Positions 40,050 to 54,029 of a stretch of DNA of 64,000 nucleotides are shown in pieces. Origin of the DNA: Eledone cirrhosa (taxonomy: Eukaryota); NCBI GenBank assembly GCA_964016885.1, contig OZ024740.1, positions 283,092,001 through 283,156,000 on the forward strand. The letters are read 5' to 3'. The notes beneath the pieces are model-generated. The model was not told the DNA's origin. It saw only the letters and a program-made list of their open reading frames with translations, and did no database searches. Numbering within the stretch: position 1 is the stretch's first letter; the number at the start of each line of letters is the position of its first letter. Both the position numbers and the translations under genes were made by a program.

Positions 40050-41277
40050 TTACAGAACAACTTTTTTAATTTCGATGGCAATACTTACAAGCAAATATCG
40101 GGGACTGCGATGGGTACAAAAGCCTCTCTAACTTATGCCAACTTAGTCATGGCATACTTAGAAGTCCAGATATATGAACAGTCCAAATCAAAATACGGAT
40201 TGAACTTCCACAAATATTTATCAGAGAATTGGAAACGCTACTTGGATGATTGTCTCATTATTTGGTCCCACACACTCGACCAACTGAAGGATTTCAAAAA
40301 CTTAATAAACGGCATCAATAACCACATCCAATTCACAATGGCATACAGCCAAGATCAATTCCCATTTCTGGACATCTTAATCTTAAAAAAACACACAAAT
40401 ATTGAAACTGACATACACTACAAACCAACAGATTCCAAACAATACCTGCTATTCACCTCCAACCATCCAAAACACACGAAGACGAACATTCCTTTTAATC
40501 TAGCAAGAAGAATTTGCACAATTGTTTCCAATTATGAAACGCGAAATAAAAGACTTCAAGAATTAAAGGAAATTCTACTCGAAATGGAGTACCCACCATT
40601 ACTAGTAAATAATGGAATAGAAAGGGCTAAAGCAATAGGCATTGATGAATTACGAAAACAGAAACAAATTCAAGGTACGTCCAATATTCTATCATATATC
40701 TCAACACACAACCCAAGAAATGCGGAAGCTTACAACGCTATTCACAAGAACATCCCACTACTAAAACAAAACCCAAGAATGAAAAAAAGTCCTTGAAACA
40801 CACAAAATAATCAAAAGCAAAAGACAACCGAAATCACTGAAAACATTACTCACCAATGCCAAATTACCTAACACAAACCCACAACCAACTGTCAAAAAAT
40901 GTGATCGCTCTAATTGTGGAACCTGCACTCACCTCATTGAAGGCAACACGTATACATTTAAATCAGGACAAAATTTTGCTGTAAAAAATCACTTCACTTG
41001 TTCATCAAAAAATCTACTTCATGCCATTAAATGTAAAGGATGCAATGAAGATTATATAGGACAAACTAAACTCACACTCAGAAACAGAATGACAGTTCAT
41101 CGCCAACAATTACGAGATCCAACCACGAGACAGATACCACTAAGCGCAAGTAATAAGACACCCAAATTCCAAGTATTCCCATTTCACCTTTGCGCTAACA
41201 ATACAACAGAACAAATACGAATAAATAAGGAAAATATGTTTATTCAAATATATAGACCAGCATTAAATATGGTTTAA
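40050..41277 (+). pseudogene. PLE reverse transcriptase plus GIY-YIG (one frameshift near 40790)
   Basis: YKQISGTAMGT, WKRYLDD, FPFLD, YKPTDSKQYL..SNHP; then CDRSNCGTC linker and NLLHAIKCKGCNEDYIGQT. Confidence 0.9.
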
Positions 41278-41685
41278 TATAAATTATGTCAACACCATAA
41301 CATGCTAATCATCCAAATAGACACATACACACACACATAACACCTGCTACTTTAGAAAATAAAAACCCGAACTAAATAAACCTTAACATACTCCCACACA
41401 CACACACACACATAACACCCATATTCACACACACAACTCCCTACCCCATTTCTACTAATGGAATCATCTTCCAATACACACACACACTCACACACACACA
41501 AGCACACAAATAAACATACACATCTTTACTTTCTTTATTTCAATAGAAAATCTGAATTCTGACACCCTAGCGAACTAACCATATTCACTGAACCAGAACA
41601 ATTCTCCCATCCCATTTCTCTTGACCATTATCTTTTGCTTGTCATAAAATTCTCTAAAAAGGCTACAGAATAGATTTCCAAATAA

Positions 41686-41964
41686 GGGCGCGGAATTTAA
41701 TGAAAACTTGTTCACGTGACAGCCATAATTTCATTTTTAACCAATCAAATTACGTTTATTAAAAAAAAAGCCTTCATGAGCCCTTTTTTTAAAGTAAAAA
41801 GAAATTCAAACACTCATATATAAAAGAATAACCTGAGCCCTCCACCCCATGTTTGAAGAACTTTGTAACGCGAACTGGCGCGAAATTTATTATAATTATT
41901 GACCAACCAATCAAATTACTTCTCGAAAAACCTGGCATTTCGAGCCACTTTTTTCCATATAAAA
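41686..41964 (+). promoter_or_regulatory. Putative PLE pLTR promoter (E2F-like, E-box, CCAAT x2, TATA)
   Basis: GGCGCGGAA ~41687, CACGTGA 41713, CCAAT 41741 and 41907, TGGCGCGAAA 41876, TATAAAA 41958; similar order at 16636-16772. Confidence 0.5.
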
Positions 41965-42026
41965 CAAGTAACATTCAGAGACCAACCAGATGTGAGAAAA
42001 ACCACAGACCCTCCATCTCAACTCTA

Positions 42027-42062
42027 CTTTTGAAAAGCAGAAGAACTGCGAAGCCGGTAAAG
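42027..42062 (+). ncRNA. Hammerhead, U3-A8 core (family K)
   Basis: ctt-TTGAAAA-gcag aagaa ctgc-GAAG-ccgg-TA-aag; A15.1 replaced by G. Confidence 0.55.
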
Positions 42063-42566
42063 GAACCAAATAAATATATATGTATATTTTTTAAATAAGA
42101 CTCCAGTTGCATTTTCGATTTCATTTTTTTTCTTTATACTTTCACTCGTGTAGGACACCTCGGTTATTTTTCATTTTGTAAAAAAAACCTCACTTTCTAA
42201 TACATACCCACCACACGAAGACCTAAAATGCCACCAAAGTTTCAGCAAAACAACAACTCACTGAACCAGGAGATCTTAAATGAACTCAAAGAGATTTCCT
42301 CTAAACTCTCAATTTTGACCAACAAAGTGGACCAAATACACATCTATAAAAAGGGACCCCACGAAGAAACAGAAAATACCCAAGAGACGAATATTACACC
42401 AGCATTAACTAAAGGAACCAAATAAATATATATATATATTTTTAAATAAGACTCCAGTTGCATTTTCGATTTCATCTTTTTTTCTTTATACTTTCACTCG
42501 TGTAGGACACCTCGGTTATTTTTCATTTTGTAAAAAATACCTCACTATCTAATATATATATATATA

Positions 42567-43471
42567 CAAGGTGGGTCAGAAATGTTCCAGGACTGATGTC
42601 ACAAAAGATTTATTTCAAACCGAAACTTCACACTAAGAGTTTTCTTCTTCAAAGTAATCCCCCTGGAGTATGTAACTGTAATCTTAGCTCTCTGCAGCGA
42701 TCAAACTTTTTTCTTCATAATTTTATATACATGTCCTCTGTCTCAAGTCGTCAAGCAATGAGCAGAGAGCAACGAACAAACTTGAAAACTCCATCAGAAG
42801 CACTGGGATTGCTGCAGCAAGTGTATGGAGATGAGACGATGTCACGCTCACGTGTTTTTGAGTGGTGCAAGAAGTTTAAAGAAGGATGGGAGGACGTGGA
42901 AGATGACCCGATGAGCGGAAGGCCCTCAACAGCCAGGACTGAGGTCAACGTTGAGCGCGTCAGGCAGATGGTGCGTAGCGATCGGTGGCTGACTGTTCGA
43001 CAGATGGCAAATGAGCTGGGCATGATTCGGAACAGCGTGGAAGATTCTCACTGAATATTTGCACATGCGGAAAGTCTGCGCGAAGAAGGTGCCAACATTT
43101 CTGAACGATGATCAGAAGGGTCAACGCGTGCAAGTGTGCCAGGACATCCTCGAGCGTCTTGAAACCAAACCAGACTTGCTAGGGACAGTCAACACCGGTG
43201 ATGAGTTGTGGATCTTCGAGTACGACCAGGAGGGGACTCGTTTTGAAGACGTCGACGATATGAAAAAGGCCATGACGACGGAACTGCGGAGGATTCCGGA
43301 AGAATCCTTCCAGGAGTGCATGCAAGCATGGCAGAAAAGGATGGAAAAGTGCATTAGACTCCAGGGGGGGGGGGGGGGGGTTACTTTGATGAAGAAAACT
43401 CTTAATGTGAAATTTGGGTTTGAAATAAATCTTTTGTGGCATCAGTCCTGGAACTTTTCTGACCCACCTCG
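42567..43471 (+). mobile_element. Internally deleted mariner (Tc1/mariner) transposon
   Basis: TA-flanked ~100-bp TIRs (caaggtgggtcagaaatgttcc / ggaacttttctgacccacctcg). HTH: VYGDETMSRSRVFEW..F.EG..DDPMSGRPST. TGDELW is joined directly to the C-terminal RFEDV, so the rest of the DD34D domain is lost. Confidence 0.92.
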
Positions 43472-43497
<26 letters not shown>

Positions 43498-43502
<5 letters not shown>

Positions 43503-43880
43503 GTTAAAATACTGGAGCGTGTTGGAGTTAAACACCCTCTTCGTATTATAGAAATGACAGTAAAGGTATAGCTCAATGTAGTTAAACAGAGCCGAAGAAT
43601 TAAGAGAGTAAAACAAAGAAGCCTTCAATACATCAAAAGTCTTTATTAGCCGACAATGTTTCGTCCTATTAAGGACTCATCAGGGCAATTCAAACAACAA
43701 AAAGTAATAACGGCAGATACAAGCCAGAAGCTCCGAAGAATATGGAGTGTACATATACTAAAGTATTGCAAAAATATATAATAAAAATAATAAAAATATA
43801 TAATGAAAATTACTAAGGATGTATGTGACATTAAGAACCATATTACAAATATAGTCCAAAGCAAAAAAACCTGCCATATA
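43498..43880 (-). mobile_element. PLE pLTR family C copy
   Basis: 43505-43670 matches 208-372; (TA)n flanks. Confidence 0.75.
43645..43690 (-). ncRNA. Type I hammerhead (family C), GUC site
   Basis: attgcc-CTGATGA-gtcct taat aggac-GAAA-c att g-TC-ggc. Confidence 0.85.
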
Positions 43881-44165
43881 TATATATACATGTGTGTGTG
43901 TATTTGTATAATTATGTATTTCTATGTTTATGTATTAGCTGGTATATATGTATTTTCATATATATGTATATATATATATTTTCATATATATGTATATATA
44001 TATGTATTTTCATATATATATGTGTGTGTATATATGTGTGTGTATATATGTATATATATATATATAGCAGTTACAGCAGTTCTTGTTCCTGCTCACTGAG
44101 ATTTGAATCCATATCTTGTCGATGTCAATTTCATATACACACACACATATATATGTACATATATA

Positions 44166-44254
<89 letters not shown>

Positions 44255-44255
<1 letters not shown>

Positions 44256-44578
44256 AACGAAAGCAGTGTGGTAAGGAACCAGATGGAGCATAACGCACCA
44301 AAGTACTCAATACTTAGCGTAGAAATAGTCGTCGAAACGGCTTGAGCTCTGCCGTCGGGGTTAAACATGTTCCTATATATATATATATATATATACAATA
44401 TTAAATAAATGGAAACTATATTTATAAAACCATATTTATTTCATTATATATATTTCGGGGATATCATATTACCATATGCTATGCCTTCCTCAGACAAAAT
44501 ACAATATAATTGTCGAGTGCTTTTATATCAGTTATAAATATTTACTAGTTGTAACCCAACAATTTTAAATATAACTTT

Positions 44579-44582
<4 letters not shown>
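44255..44582. mobile_element. Two adjacent pLTR fragments (family A 44255-44373; family B 44395-44582 with HHR 44437-44501 minus)
   Basis: Homologous to the 22662 and 11233 cassettes; each contains an internal inversion and they are separated by (TA)n. Confidence 0.7.
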
Positions 44583-44614
<32 letters not shown>

Positions 44615-44616
<2 letters not shown>

Positions 44617-45248
44617 TATGAAGAGAGAAGAAACATTTAGATATAATTAGTAATAAAATGTATCATACCTAAACTGTTCCTAAATTCCTCGACTACGTAG
44701 TTTCGTGGCATAAACAAAAACAATATATCAAAGATATAGAGTCCCTGCGAGGTCTGCCGACTTATCAAGAGGATACCTCATTTTACTAGTCTCAAGAACG
44801 CGTCTACACGACGTGAGAAAGAATCCCAAAAGGCGGAGGGGGAGATAGTCACGCGATATAACGGTCGAGAAACAGAGCTAAGCCTCTTATAACCACGAAG
44901 AAAATACCACGGAGGCGGAGGGGGTATTCATATCGAGGCCGTAGAAGAGGTAGTGAAGAAGGCGAGAAGTATGAGTAATGGAAGCTTTCCAGTTGTCCCC
45001 ACACTTCAAAGATTGCTCGACCAGAGGGAGTTATTAATATATTTAGAAACACACAGATACATGCGGACACACACATATATACATTTTAACTCTGATACTG
45101 GTTCAGTCTGGTTCAAACTGAATTGGTCTGTCCCAGTCATTCATTGAGCAACATCGGTGAAGTTGGCACCCTTAACTCACAGTTGGGTGCGGATGCATTC
45201 ATGTATATATGTGTGTGTCCGCATGTATCTGTGTGTTTCTAAATATAT
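44615..45248 (-). mobile_element. pLTR-like cassette (family L) with terminal fold-back
   Basis: Inverted repeat ~45037-45085 / 45201-45248; contains an HHR; (TA)n flanks. Confidence 0.6.
44686..44773 (-). ncRNA. Type I hammerhead, U3-A8 covariant core (family L)
   Basis: tcctc-TTGATAA-gtcggca...tgccac-GAAA-ctacgtag-TC-gagga. Confidence 0.78.
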
Positions 45249-45249
45249 A

Positions 45250-46216
<967 letters not shown>

Positions 46217-46221
46217 ATATA

Positions 46222-46431
46222 TAAGTTATTCCGGGTTGAATCGGGGGTAATCAGAGTAAGTAAGGTACTCAATACATAGCAGAGTATAAATGTTTTAATA
46301 TAGAAAAGCTTCTACAGGACTAGAACTGTTTCATTCGTGAGAAATCATCATGAAGCTGACAGAGTCAGCCTCCTGATGATTTCTTACGAATGAAACAGTT
46401 CTAGTCCTGTAGAAGCTTTTCTATATTAAAA
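46222..46431. mobile_element. Fold-back pLTR cassette (family M)
   Basis: Inverted repeat ~46293-46360 / 46364-46431; (TA)n flanks. Confidence 0.75.
46367..46417 (+). ncRNA. Type I hammerhead (family M)
   Basis: agcctc-CTGATGA-t-ttc ttac gaa-t-GAAA-cag ttctagtc ctg-TA-gaagct; the mirror arm has C3 mutated. Confidence 0.7.
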
Positions 46432-46456
46432 TATATATATATATATATTTATATAT

Positions 46457-46553
<97 letters not shown>

Positions 46554-48844
46554 GGATAGAAAGAGATTGGAAGAGGGGGCGAGAGAGAGATACCTATATG
46601 AAAATATAGATATATAAACAGATAAATGCCGAGAACTACATTTGATCGGCCAGCTCTTCCATCAACTCAATGATATACTTATTTAATTAGCATGGGCGCG
46701 CAGTCCATCGGATGGGCTTTTTTGCAAGTTCTGTCAACCCAATTTCACTTACAAGTTAGCGTCGAACCTAGGTCATGATAACATTCATTTATACAAGATG
46801 TTTTGCAGTGTGACGTAACTGGAGACTACGTGGTTTCAAAATGAACGTCACAATCACTTCGCCAAGTATATGAATACATAAGCATTGGTTGGTTTGCTGT
46901 CCATCCCTTTGATGATGGCACTGTCCCTTTTCATCGACCACGCTGATGCTATACATGTCCAATACGTGATAGATATTTTCAGGAAAAATCTGGATACGGA
47001 TGAGAAACCAAATTATTACTGTATTTTGACTTAAATTTTCAATGCTGAGGCTTACACTTCGATCGTTCTATGGCCTGGTGCATTAAGCTTCAAGCAGCTG
47101 CTTGCTACATACACCCCAGTTAATGCATAAATATAAAAATATGTAATTATATTAATACGTAGTAGTATAAATACATGCTTATAATAATATATCCACATCA
47201 GTTAAAACGTAAACAAATATAGAAATACATAAATAACCATGCCGTCCGAGCTATGATGTTTTTGAATGTGTAGCTACGACAGTGTTTAGCAGACATATGA
47301 TGTTTAAATGGGTTTCATATAGTCTGTCTCTATGATGGTTGACTACATTTTACTACCGCTACTGCAGCTGCTGCTGTTTGCTTGCTTGCTTTAGCGTCTC
47401 ATTTTATGGAAGCCATGCTTAAAAATGAAAAATGGATCCGTTTGATAAGGCTAATAGCAAGGAAAAACATTAAAGGCAACAAAAAGTATCAAAAGCAATG
47501 ATAGCAAAAATCAACAAGAAAAGCATGAATGTTAAGAAAAGCAATAAATGTAATAAATATATCAACTGCAGCAACATATAATGAAAAATAAAGGAGAGAA
47601 TTAAACAAAAGAATAAAACGAAAAGCTGTGATATCTTCATAAAAGGTATTACAATATGACATGCAATAAATAAACAACAATTATTGATTTTGATATTATT
47701 TGTAATATAAATCCTGTAATAAATATCGATAACAAACACTGGGATAATTAACAAAAAATGAAGAAATAAATATATAATAAAACAACAGCAAAAATGAAGC
47801 AATATCATATAAAATGGCTAATATTATATAGCTGCTAATGTTTCTTGTTGTTGATGATGTTGATATTCATAAAATTGTTGTTATTGTGAATGCCATTGTT
47901 GTTGTAATTGATGTAGTTGTTGTTGATGTAGTTCCTGTTGCTGTTATTAATGTCGTTGTTATTTAGGATGCAGTTGCTATTCAAAGCCTGTCGTATAGCG
48001 GCTCTCTCGTTCAGATGAAACAAACTGTTGTTGCTCTTTAAGTCAATATCATACCTCATCAAGCAGATGAAAAGCCACTCTTCCGTGACTGTACTCCTCT
48101 GTTCATATGTTAAATGAATCCACGACAACGTTATCCTATGTATTCATTTCTAAGACGGTGAAACATGATTTAAAAGGAATTTAACCGCCTTTTCTAGCAT
48201 TTCAATCGACCATATGGAGGCTCTTTCAGATTGAGTGAATAGAATGAATACGCCTCTACTAGATATGGAAAGTGATTTTTGTATATTTGGCTCACCGTTG
48301 GTTGAATGTAGACGAAGTTTTATCAAAGCTGTAACTTCTTGCAACCATGCCAACTGTACCTTCATCTTTTCAGCTTCCATTCACTGTTGGTTTTGTGTTT
48401 GAATATCTTACCGCTGACTGCATATTGCCAAATCAACAACAGTCTCAGCATGGCTTATCTCCACATATTCCACACACCGTTGGTTGAATTTCAATGAAAG
48501 ACATTTGTAGCTCTGACTGCTTCTAGCTAGGCTAATCAAAATCTTCATCTTTCTGTATTCTCTGATGAAGAACAAAATCCCTAAATGTCACTGATTTTAC
48601 AATTCACGCGTTAATCGGCCTTATCTTCATTTAATAATCTCTCTATACCCCTGACAGTTCAACGCTTCCTTATTACATCGAAGTTCTTCATGTATTGGAC
48701 AAAAATAGTATTTCATAGAATTTTAAAGAATTAAATAATGAGGCTTGAAATGTAAGTTACTGCCTCACCAGAACTAACGCATATAGAGAGATCTCAATGA
48801 AGATTGACAACGATTTAGAGAAGCTCATCATAAATAATGGCTTC

Positions 48845-49000
48845 TGATTTAGGCATAAGGCCAGCAATTTTGGGAGAAGGGAAGGTTGATTAAATCGGCA
48901 CCACTGCTTTACTGGTACTTTATGTCATCTACTCCGTAAAGATGAAAGGTAAAGCTAACCTCGGCGGGATTTGAAATTAGAAAGTAAAGGGACGTAACTC
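48845..49000 (-). mobile_element. tRNA-SINE copy
   Basis: aggccagcaatt...ctggtacttt...gatgaaaggtaaagctaacctcggcgggatttgaa. Confidence 0.7.
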
Positions 49001-49844
49001 TATGTTGCGAATATTAACTTCCTCATTTTATATTCCTCTATCACAATAGCCACCAACACACACCCACAATACCACGAGCCATCACCCTTAAGATTACCAC
49101 CAAAACCATATACGACCTCCGCAATGTTCACCAAATATATTATTTTCCCCCTTCCCTTCTTTCTTTTCCACGTCCACCTCCTCCTCCTCCTCCTCCTCCT
49201 CCTCCTCCTCCTCCTCCTCCTCCTCCTCCTCCTCCCCTCCCAGTACAACCATCATCATCATCACCAGCCTTATTCTAATCAAACTGATCAGCATCATCAA
49301 CAACAACAACAACGAAAGCAATAGCATGAAAGACATCGTCAACAACACCAGCGTCACAACCACGAGCGACAGCTACCATCACAAAACCCCCCAAAACATC
49401 ATCAGGCAAAAATGTAACCATCATCAACATCATCCCTGATAACATCATCATCAACCTCGACAACCAAATCAACCACAATGAAATCAACAATAACAACATT
49501 AACGCTGCAATCCACGACACTAACAATAGCATCAACAGCAAAGTCATAATCAATAACAAGTAACAGCTACAACATTATCAACATCATCATGAACAACACC
49601 AAGATAATCAACTAATATAACAGGCAAATCAACATCATGGTCACCATTATCAACATAAAAGTGTACATTAAAATTTATGTCTGACTAACCGAGACTAAGG
49701 TGAATGAAGATCAGACCGATTTAACACCATATATGGCAGGTGCCATATTATAAATAACCGATTTCTTCTCTGCTCGGTATATTCATCATATATAATGAAG
49801 CTCTGCGTGCCAGTCCTTGTATATATATATATATATATTGTATG

Positions 49845-50250
49845 ACCCCTTAGCCTTTGTCAAGGCAGAATTCTAGGAGAAGGAAAACTCTGATATAACA
49901 CCTGCAACTCTGATGGTATCCAATGATGTTGACTTGTTCTTCTTTTTGGTAAATATCATCTTGGTTAAGAGAGTGGGACTGGCTTTGTGCAGTGCCTTTG
50001 CTCACTATAAAAGCTTCACGGCGCAGGCATTTTTTTATATCTGGAGATCTCTCTGCACTTGTCGTCACATAGTACCATGGGCCCAGCACTGTGTCAATAA
50101 TTGTTACAGGTGTAGTGTTTGTACCAGAGTTGTCAAGTCGCTGGCTGGACTAAAACGTCACACTCGTTCAGCGCATCGGTAGGAGTTCTCCTACATGGAT
50201 ATAAAGTAGTGGCCGTACACGAAAACGAGTTGGCAACCACCATATTGTAT
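49845..50250 (+). pseudogene. RTE-like LINE 3' end (C2H2 finger plus tail)
   Basis: CSVCTRVVKSLAGLKRHTRSAH followed by an RTE-type tail and tgtatg(TA)n. Confidence 0.55.
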
Positions 50251-50267
50251 GTATATATATATATATA

Positions 50268-50695
50268 TACGATATTAACAAATGGAAACTATATTTTTAA
50301 AACCATATTTATTTCATTATATATATTTCAAGGATACCAAGTTAAATTATGGTATGCCTTCATCAGACAAAATACAATATATACCAGTTTTATAAATAAA
50401 CATTGACGTACCCTTTCAAAATGCGACCGTTACTTTTGGAAGACCGTTACTTTTGGAAGACATCAGGATGTCTTCCAAAAGTAACGGTCTATATTGTATA
50501 TTGTATTTTGTCTGATGAAGGCATACCATAATTTAACTTGGTATCTTTGGAATATGTATAATGAAATAAATATGGTTTTATAAATATAGTTTCCATTTGT
50601 TAATATCGTATATCTACTCCAAATACTTGTCGAGTGCTTTATATCAGTTATAAAAATATTTACTTGTTGTATCCCAACAATTTAAATAGAACTTT

Positions 50696-50698
<3 letters not shown>
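50268..50698. mobile_element. Fold-back pLTR cassette (family B) with HHRs at 50310-50374 (-, intact) and 50504-50568 (+, GAAA>GGAA)
   Basis: Arms ~50268-50382 / 50496-50610; inner hairpin 50443-50489. Confidence 0.78.
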
Positions 50699-50764
<66 letters not shown>

Positions 50765-50773
50765 GTATGTATG

Positions 50774-50802
<29 letters not shown>

Positions 50803-50804
<2 letters not shown>

Positions 50805-51431
50805 GATGGCTGCCCCTCTCGTTATCGAGTATGGTCATTGCACGATATACCATTATTAATAATTATTAATTAATTCTATCGTGCAATGCCTGTGCGTGAA
50901 GATATTTTTAAAGTGAGGAAAGACTGTGCACTGAGCCAATCCCACTCTCTGAGCGAGAGTAGCTATAACCAGTAAAGAAGAAAAGATCAACATCATCGGT
51001 AACTACTGAGCCGCAGGTTTTATATCAGAGTCATCCGAGTTTGCTGAGTTGCCTTCTCCTAGAAGAATGCACTGATAAAGGATAGGGGTCCTTCACTCAC
51101 AGTGGTTTAACTGCACGATCGGGTGTCCAGCCCCACTTTTTCTATGTCCCCCGCGCATATACATACACATGCACCCATGCATATACACATATACATATAC
51201 ATACATATCTACATGTCTATATACATATTTAGACACTTGTGGATGGCCGTTGACTCTTATGAGTTCTTCCGCCTTTTGTCAGGTTTTGTTTTTTGTCCTG
51301 CAGGGTGTCCAAAATCACCCCCTCACCAAGTAAACTTGGTAGGGTTGCCGGTTTAGTCGCCGACAACCCGACCATGCGACAGGTTGTACTGGGTTACATG
51401 TTACCAGTAGCACTCAAGAGTGACCCGACAT
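50803..51431 (-). mobile_element. Non-autonomous RTE-derived (SINE-like) element
   Basis: Reverse complement of 56845-57430; RTE-like tail catactcgata...gcagccatca. Confidence 0.7.
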
Positions 51432-51457
51432 GCATATATATATATATATATATATAA

Positions 51458-51838
51458 TATAAGATCAAAAGATGGTTAAAGGAGTTCCATGTATTTTATT
51501 ATGCGCATTTCAAAAACAAACATCATCATGCAATAATATTTGTGTTTTCATCAGATAAAACAGGAGAACATGATATGGAGGCTAAAAAACACTTGTGGAT
51601 AGTGCAGTTTTAAATCAACATATGAAAAGTGGTTTTAGATTGATGTGTGATATTGGGAAAAATATTTTATTTAGAGAGGGGGGGGGGACGATGAAAAGCG
51701 CATAATAAAATACATGGAACTCCTTTAACCATCTTTTGATCTTATATTATGCATACTCCAGTCCTACAAACTGTAGAGTGCTTCTTATCCGATATCTGCA
51801 TTGCTTTATTGTACTACAATAAAACTCACCTCCTACAT

Positions 51839-51840
<2 letters not shown>
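51458..51840. mobile_element. Fold-back pLTR cassette (family N)
   Basis: Arms ~51458-51510 / 51695-51750; second copy at 55115-55390. Confidence 0.72.
51492..51562 (-). ncRNA. Type I hammerhead (family N)
   Basis: tgttttat-CTGATGA-aaacacaaatatta..tgatgtttgttttt-GAAA-tgcgca-TA-ataaaata; the copy at 55146-55212 has a helix I deletion. Confidence 0.8.
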
Positions 51841-51869
<29 letters not shown>

Positions 51870-52540
51870 CATATATATAATAGAAAAAACGAGGAAGTTT
51901 CGTTTACATATGATAAAAATTTATTGCGTATCGACCTGTTACATGCGTTTCACAGAGGATTGGCTGAATGTAACCCGTAGGAGTTATGGACCCGACTCTA
52001 GTATCGATATATATATGTATATCTATATCTATAACAATGAAAATATCTGTCTGTCTGTCTGTGTGTGTGTGTCTGTTCCGCAGCAACTTTTGATCAGTAA
52101 GGCCGATTTTCAAAATTTATTTTGTAATCAACCACAAATTCATCAGGGCAGGTCGGCACGACATTGTAAATGATCGATTCCCTGTTTGTCAGAGGTAAAA
52201 ATCGATAAAACTGACTATAGGTACGACTTTGCATAGAAAAAATCTCTATATCTATAAAAATGAAAAAGAAAGAGTGAGAGTGAAAGAAACAGACAGACTA
52301 AAAGAGGGGGATAGCGGGAGAGAGACAAAGAGAGAGAAAGCGACAGACGCTGTGTTTGATACATGACAGTGGAAGAGGGGAAGGAAAGCTATAAATAATT
52401 AACGTGTGCGTGTGTGTGTGCGTGCGCGCGTGTGTGTGTGTTCGTGCAGCGTTCCAGTAAGAGTTAAATCTATTAACATGTGTGTGTACGTGCACACGTG
52501 CGTGCGTGAGTTTGCGTGCGTTTGAGCGTTTGCGTGCGTG

Positions 52541-52587
<47 letters not shown>

Positions 52588-52590
<3 letters not shown>

Positions 52591-53826
52591 AGGGAAGACT
52601 TTTGTCATACGGCTTCTCCTTGCCAAGATTCGACAACACAGACACATAGCACTTGCTGTTGCGTCTTCCGGTATTGCAGCAACCTTGTTTCCTGGGCGCA
52701 GTACAGCACATTCAGCCTTCAACCTCCCCCTCAATATGACAGCAAATGACACACCCTGCTGTAATATTACCAAAGGATCAGAAAAGGCAGAACTGCTTAA
52801 AAGGTGTGAACTTATAGTTCGGGACGAATGTACCATGGCTCATAAAGGGGCTTTGGAGGCACAGGACCGGACTTTAAGAGACATAAGAGACTCCCAGGAT
52901 CCCATGGGAGGCGTGAATGTCCTTTTATCCGGAGATTTTAGACAAACCCTCCCTGTTATTCCCAAAGGAACACGGGCTGATGCTATTCGAGCATGGTTAA
53001 AGTCATCTCCGCTTTGGCGTTATGTCACAACACTAACGCTCTCTACGAACATGAGAGCTCGGATGCTTGGTGACCAAGTGTCATCAGATTTTGCTACCAA
53101 CCTATTGGTACTTGCGAACGCCAAAGTGCCACTTGATGAAGATTAAAAAATCTCCCTCGAACCGGTCTTCACTTTAGTCGACAGTGCTGATGACTTGACA
53201 GATGCAGTATTCCCAGAGTTGAGCACTAACTACCAAAATCCAAACTGGCTGTGTGAAAGGGCAATACTGGCTCCGAAAGATGAGACTGTCGACAAAATCA
53301 ACGGACAACTGCTTAAGTCTCTTCCTACACCTTCGTGTACATACAAGTCCATCGATACAGTCACAGACCCCATTAACTACCCAATTGAGTTTCTTAACTC
53401 ATTGAACCCTCCGGGTTGCCATCTCATCGATTGGAACTTAAGCAAGTATGCCCAATTATGCTTTTGAGGAATCTACACCCACCAAAACTCTGCAACGGCA
53501 CCCGCCCTACAGTAAATAAACTAACGCAAAACTTGATCGAGGAGACGATTCTCATGTTTTTATCCCAAGGATTGCCCTTTGTCCATCAACATCAGAGATC
53601 CCCTTTTTATTTAGGAGGCTCCAGTTTCCAGTTCGTTGTAGTTTCGCTATGACGATGAATATGTCTCAGGGGCAAACATTGTCCGTCGCGGGAATAAACC
53701 TAGAAGAGCCATGCTTTTCGCACGGTCAGCTATACGTTGGATGTTCAGAGTGCGAAGCAAAAGAAACCTTTATGCATTTGCTCCAAATGGTAAAACCACA
53801 AACATTGTGTACCAAGAAGTTCTGTA
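52588..53826 (+). pseudogene. Helitron PIF1-family helicase remnant
   Basis: GKTF, AVASSGIAATL, TAHSAF, DECTM, LSGDFRQTLPVIPKG, RAILAP, LCNGTR, SQGQTL and [11 protein letters not shown]; frameshifted. Confidence 0.92.
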
Positions 53827-54029
53827 ATCAACATTGCGATACAAACCGTCTTCTAACAATCAAATACCTCGCTGCTTTCAATAATTACCAAATTGTAGAA
53901 ATACTGCCTTTTTGAAATTCATAACACCATACATTTTCGACTGTAAACGTTGTGAGCACTTTGACCTGCACCGTATTGAAATGCACGCCCCCCCCCCCCC
54001 GATGGTTGAGCCAGTTTTCCATGGATTCG

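Larger units (their letters stand above)
39976..42553 (+). mobile_element. Neptune-like PLE with inverted 5' pLTR piece and partial tandem 3' pLTR
   Basis: 39976-40053 is the inverse of ~42058-42135; 42059-42200 is repeated at 42410-42553; (TA)n flanks. Confidence 0.88.

Noticed and set aside
47835-48660. Minus-strand ORFs 47835-48128 and 48150-48380 as a host gene or transposon
   Set aside because: No recognisable motif or splice structure; may be very old TE debris.
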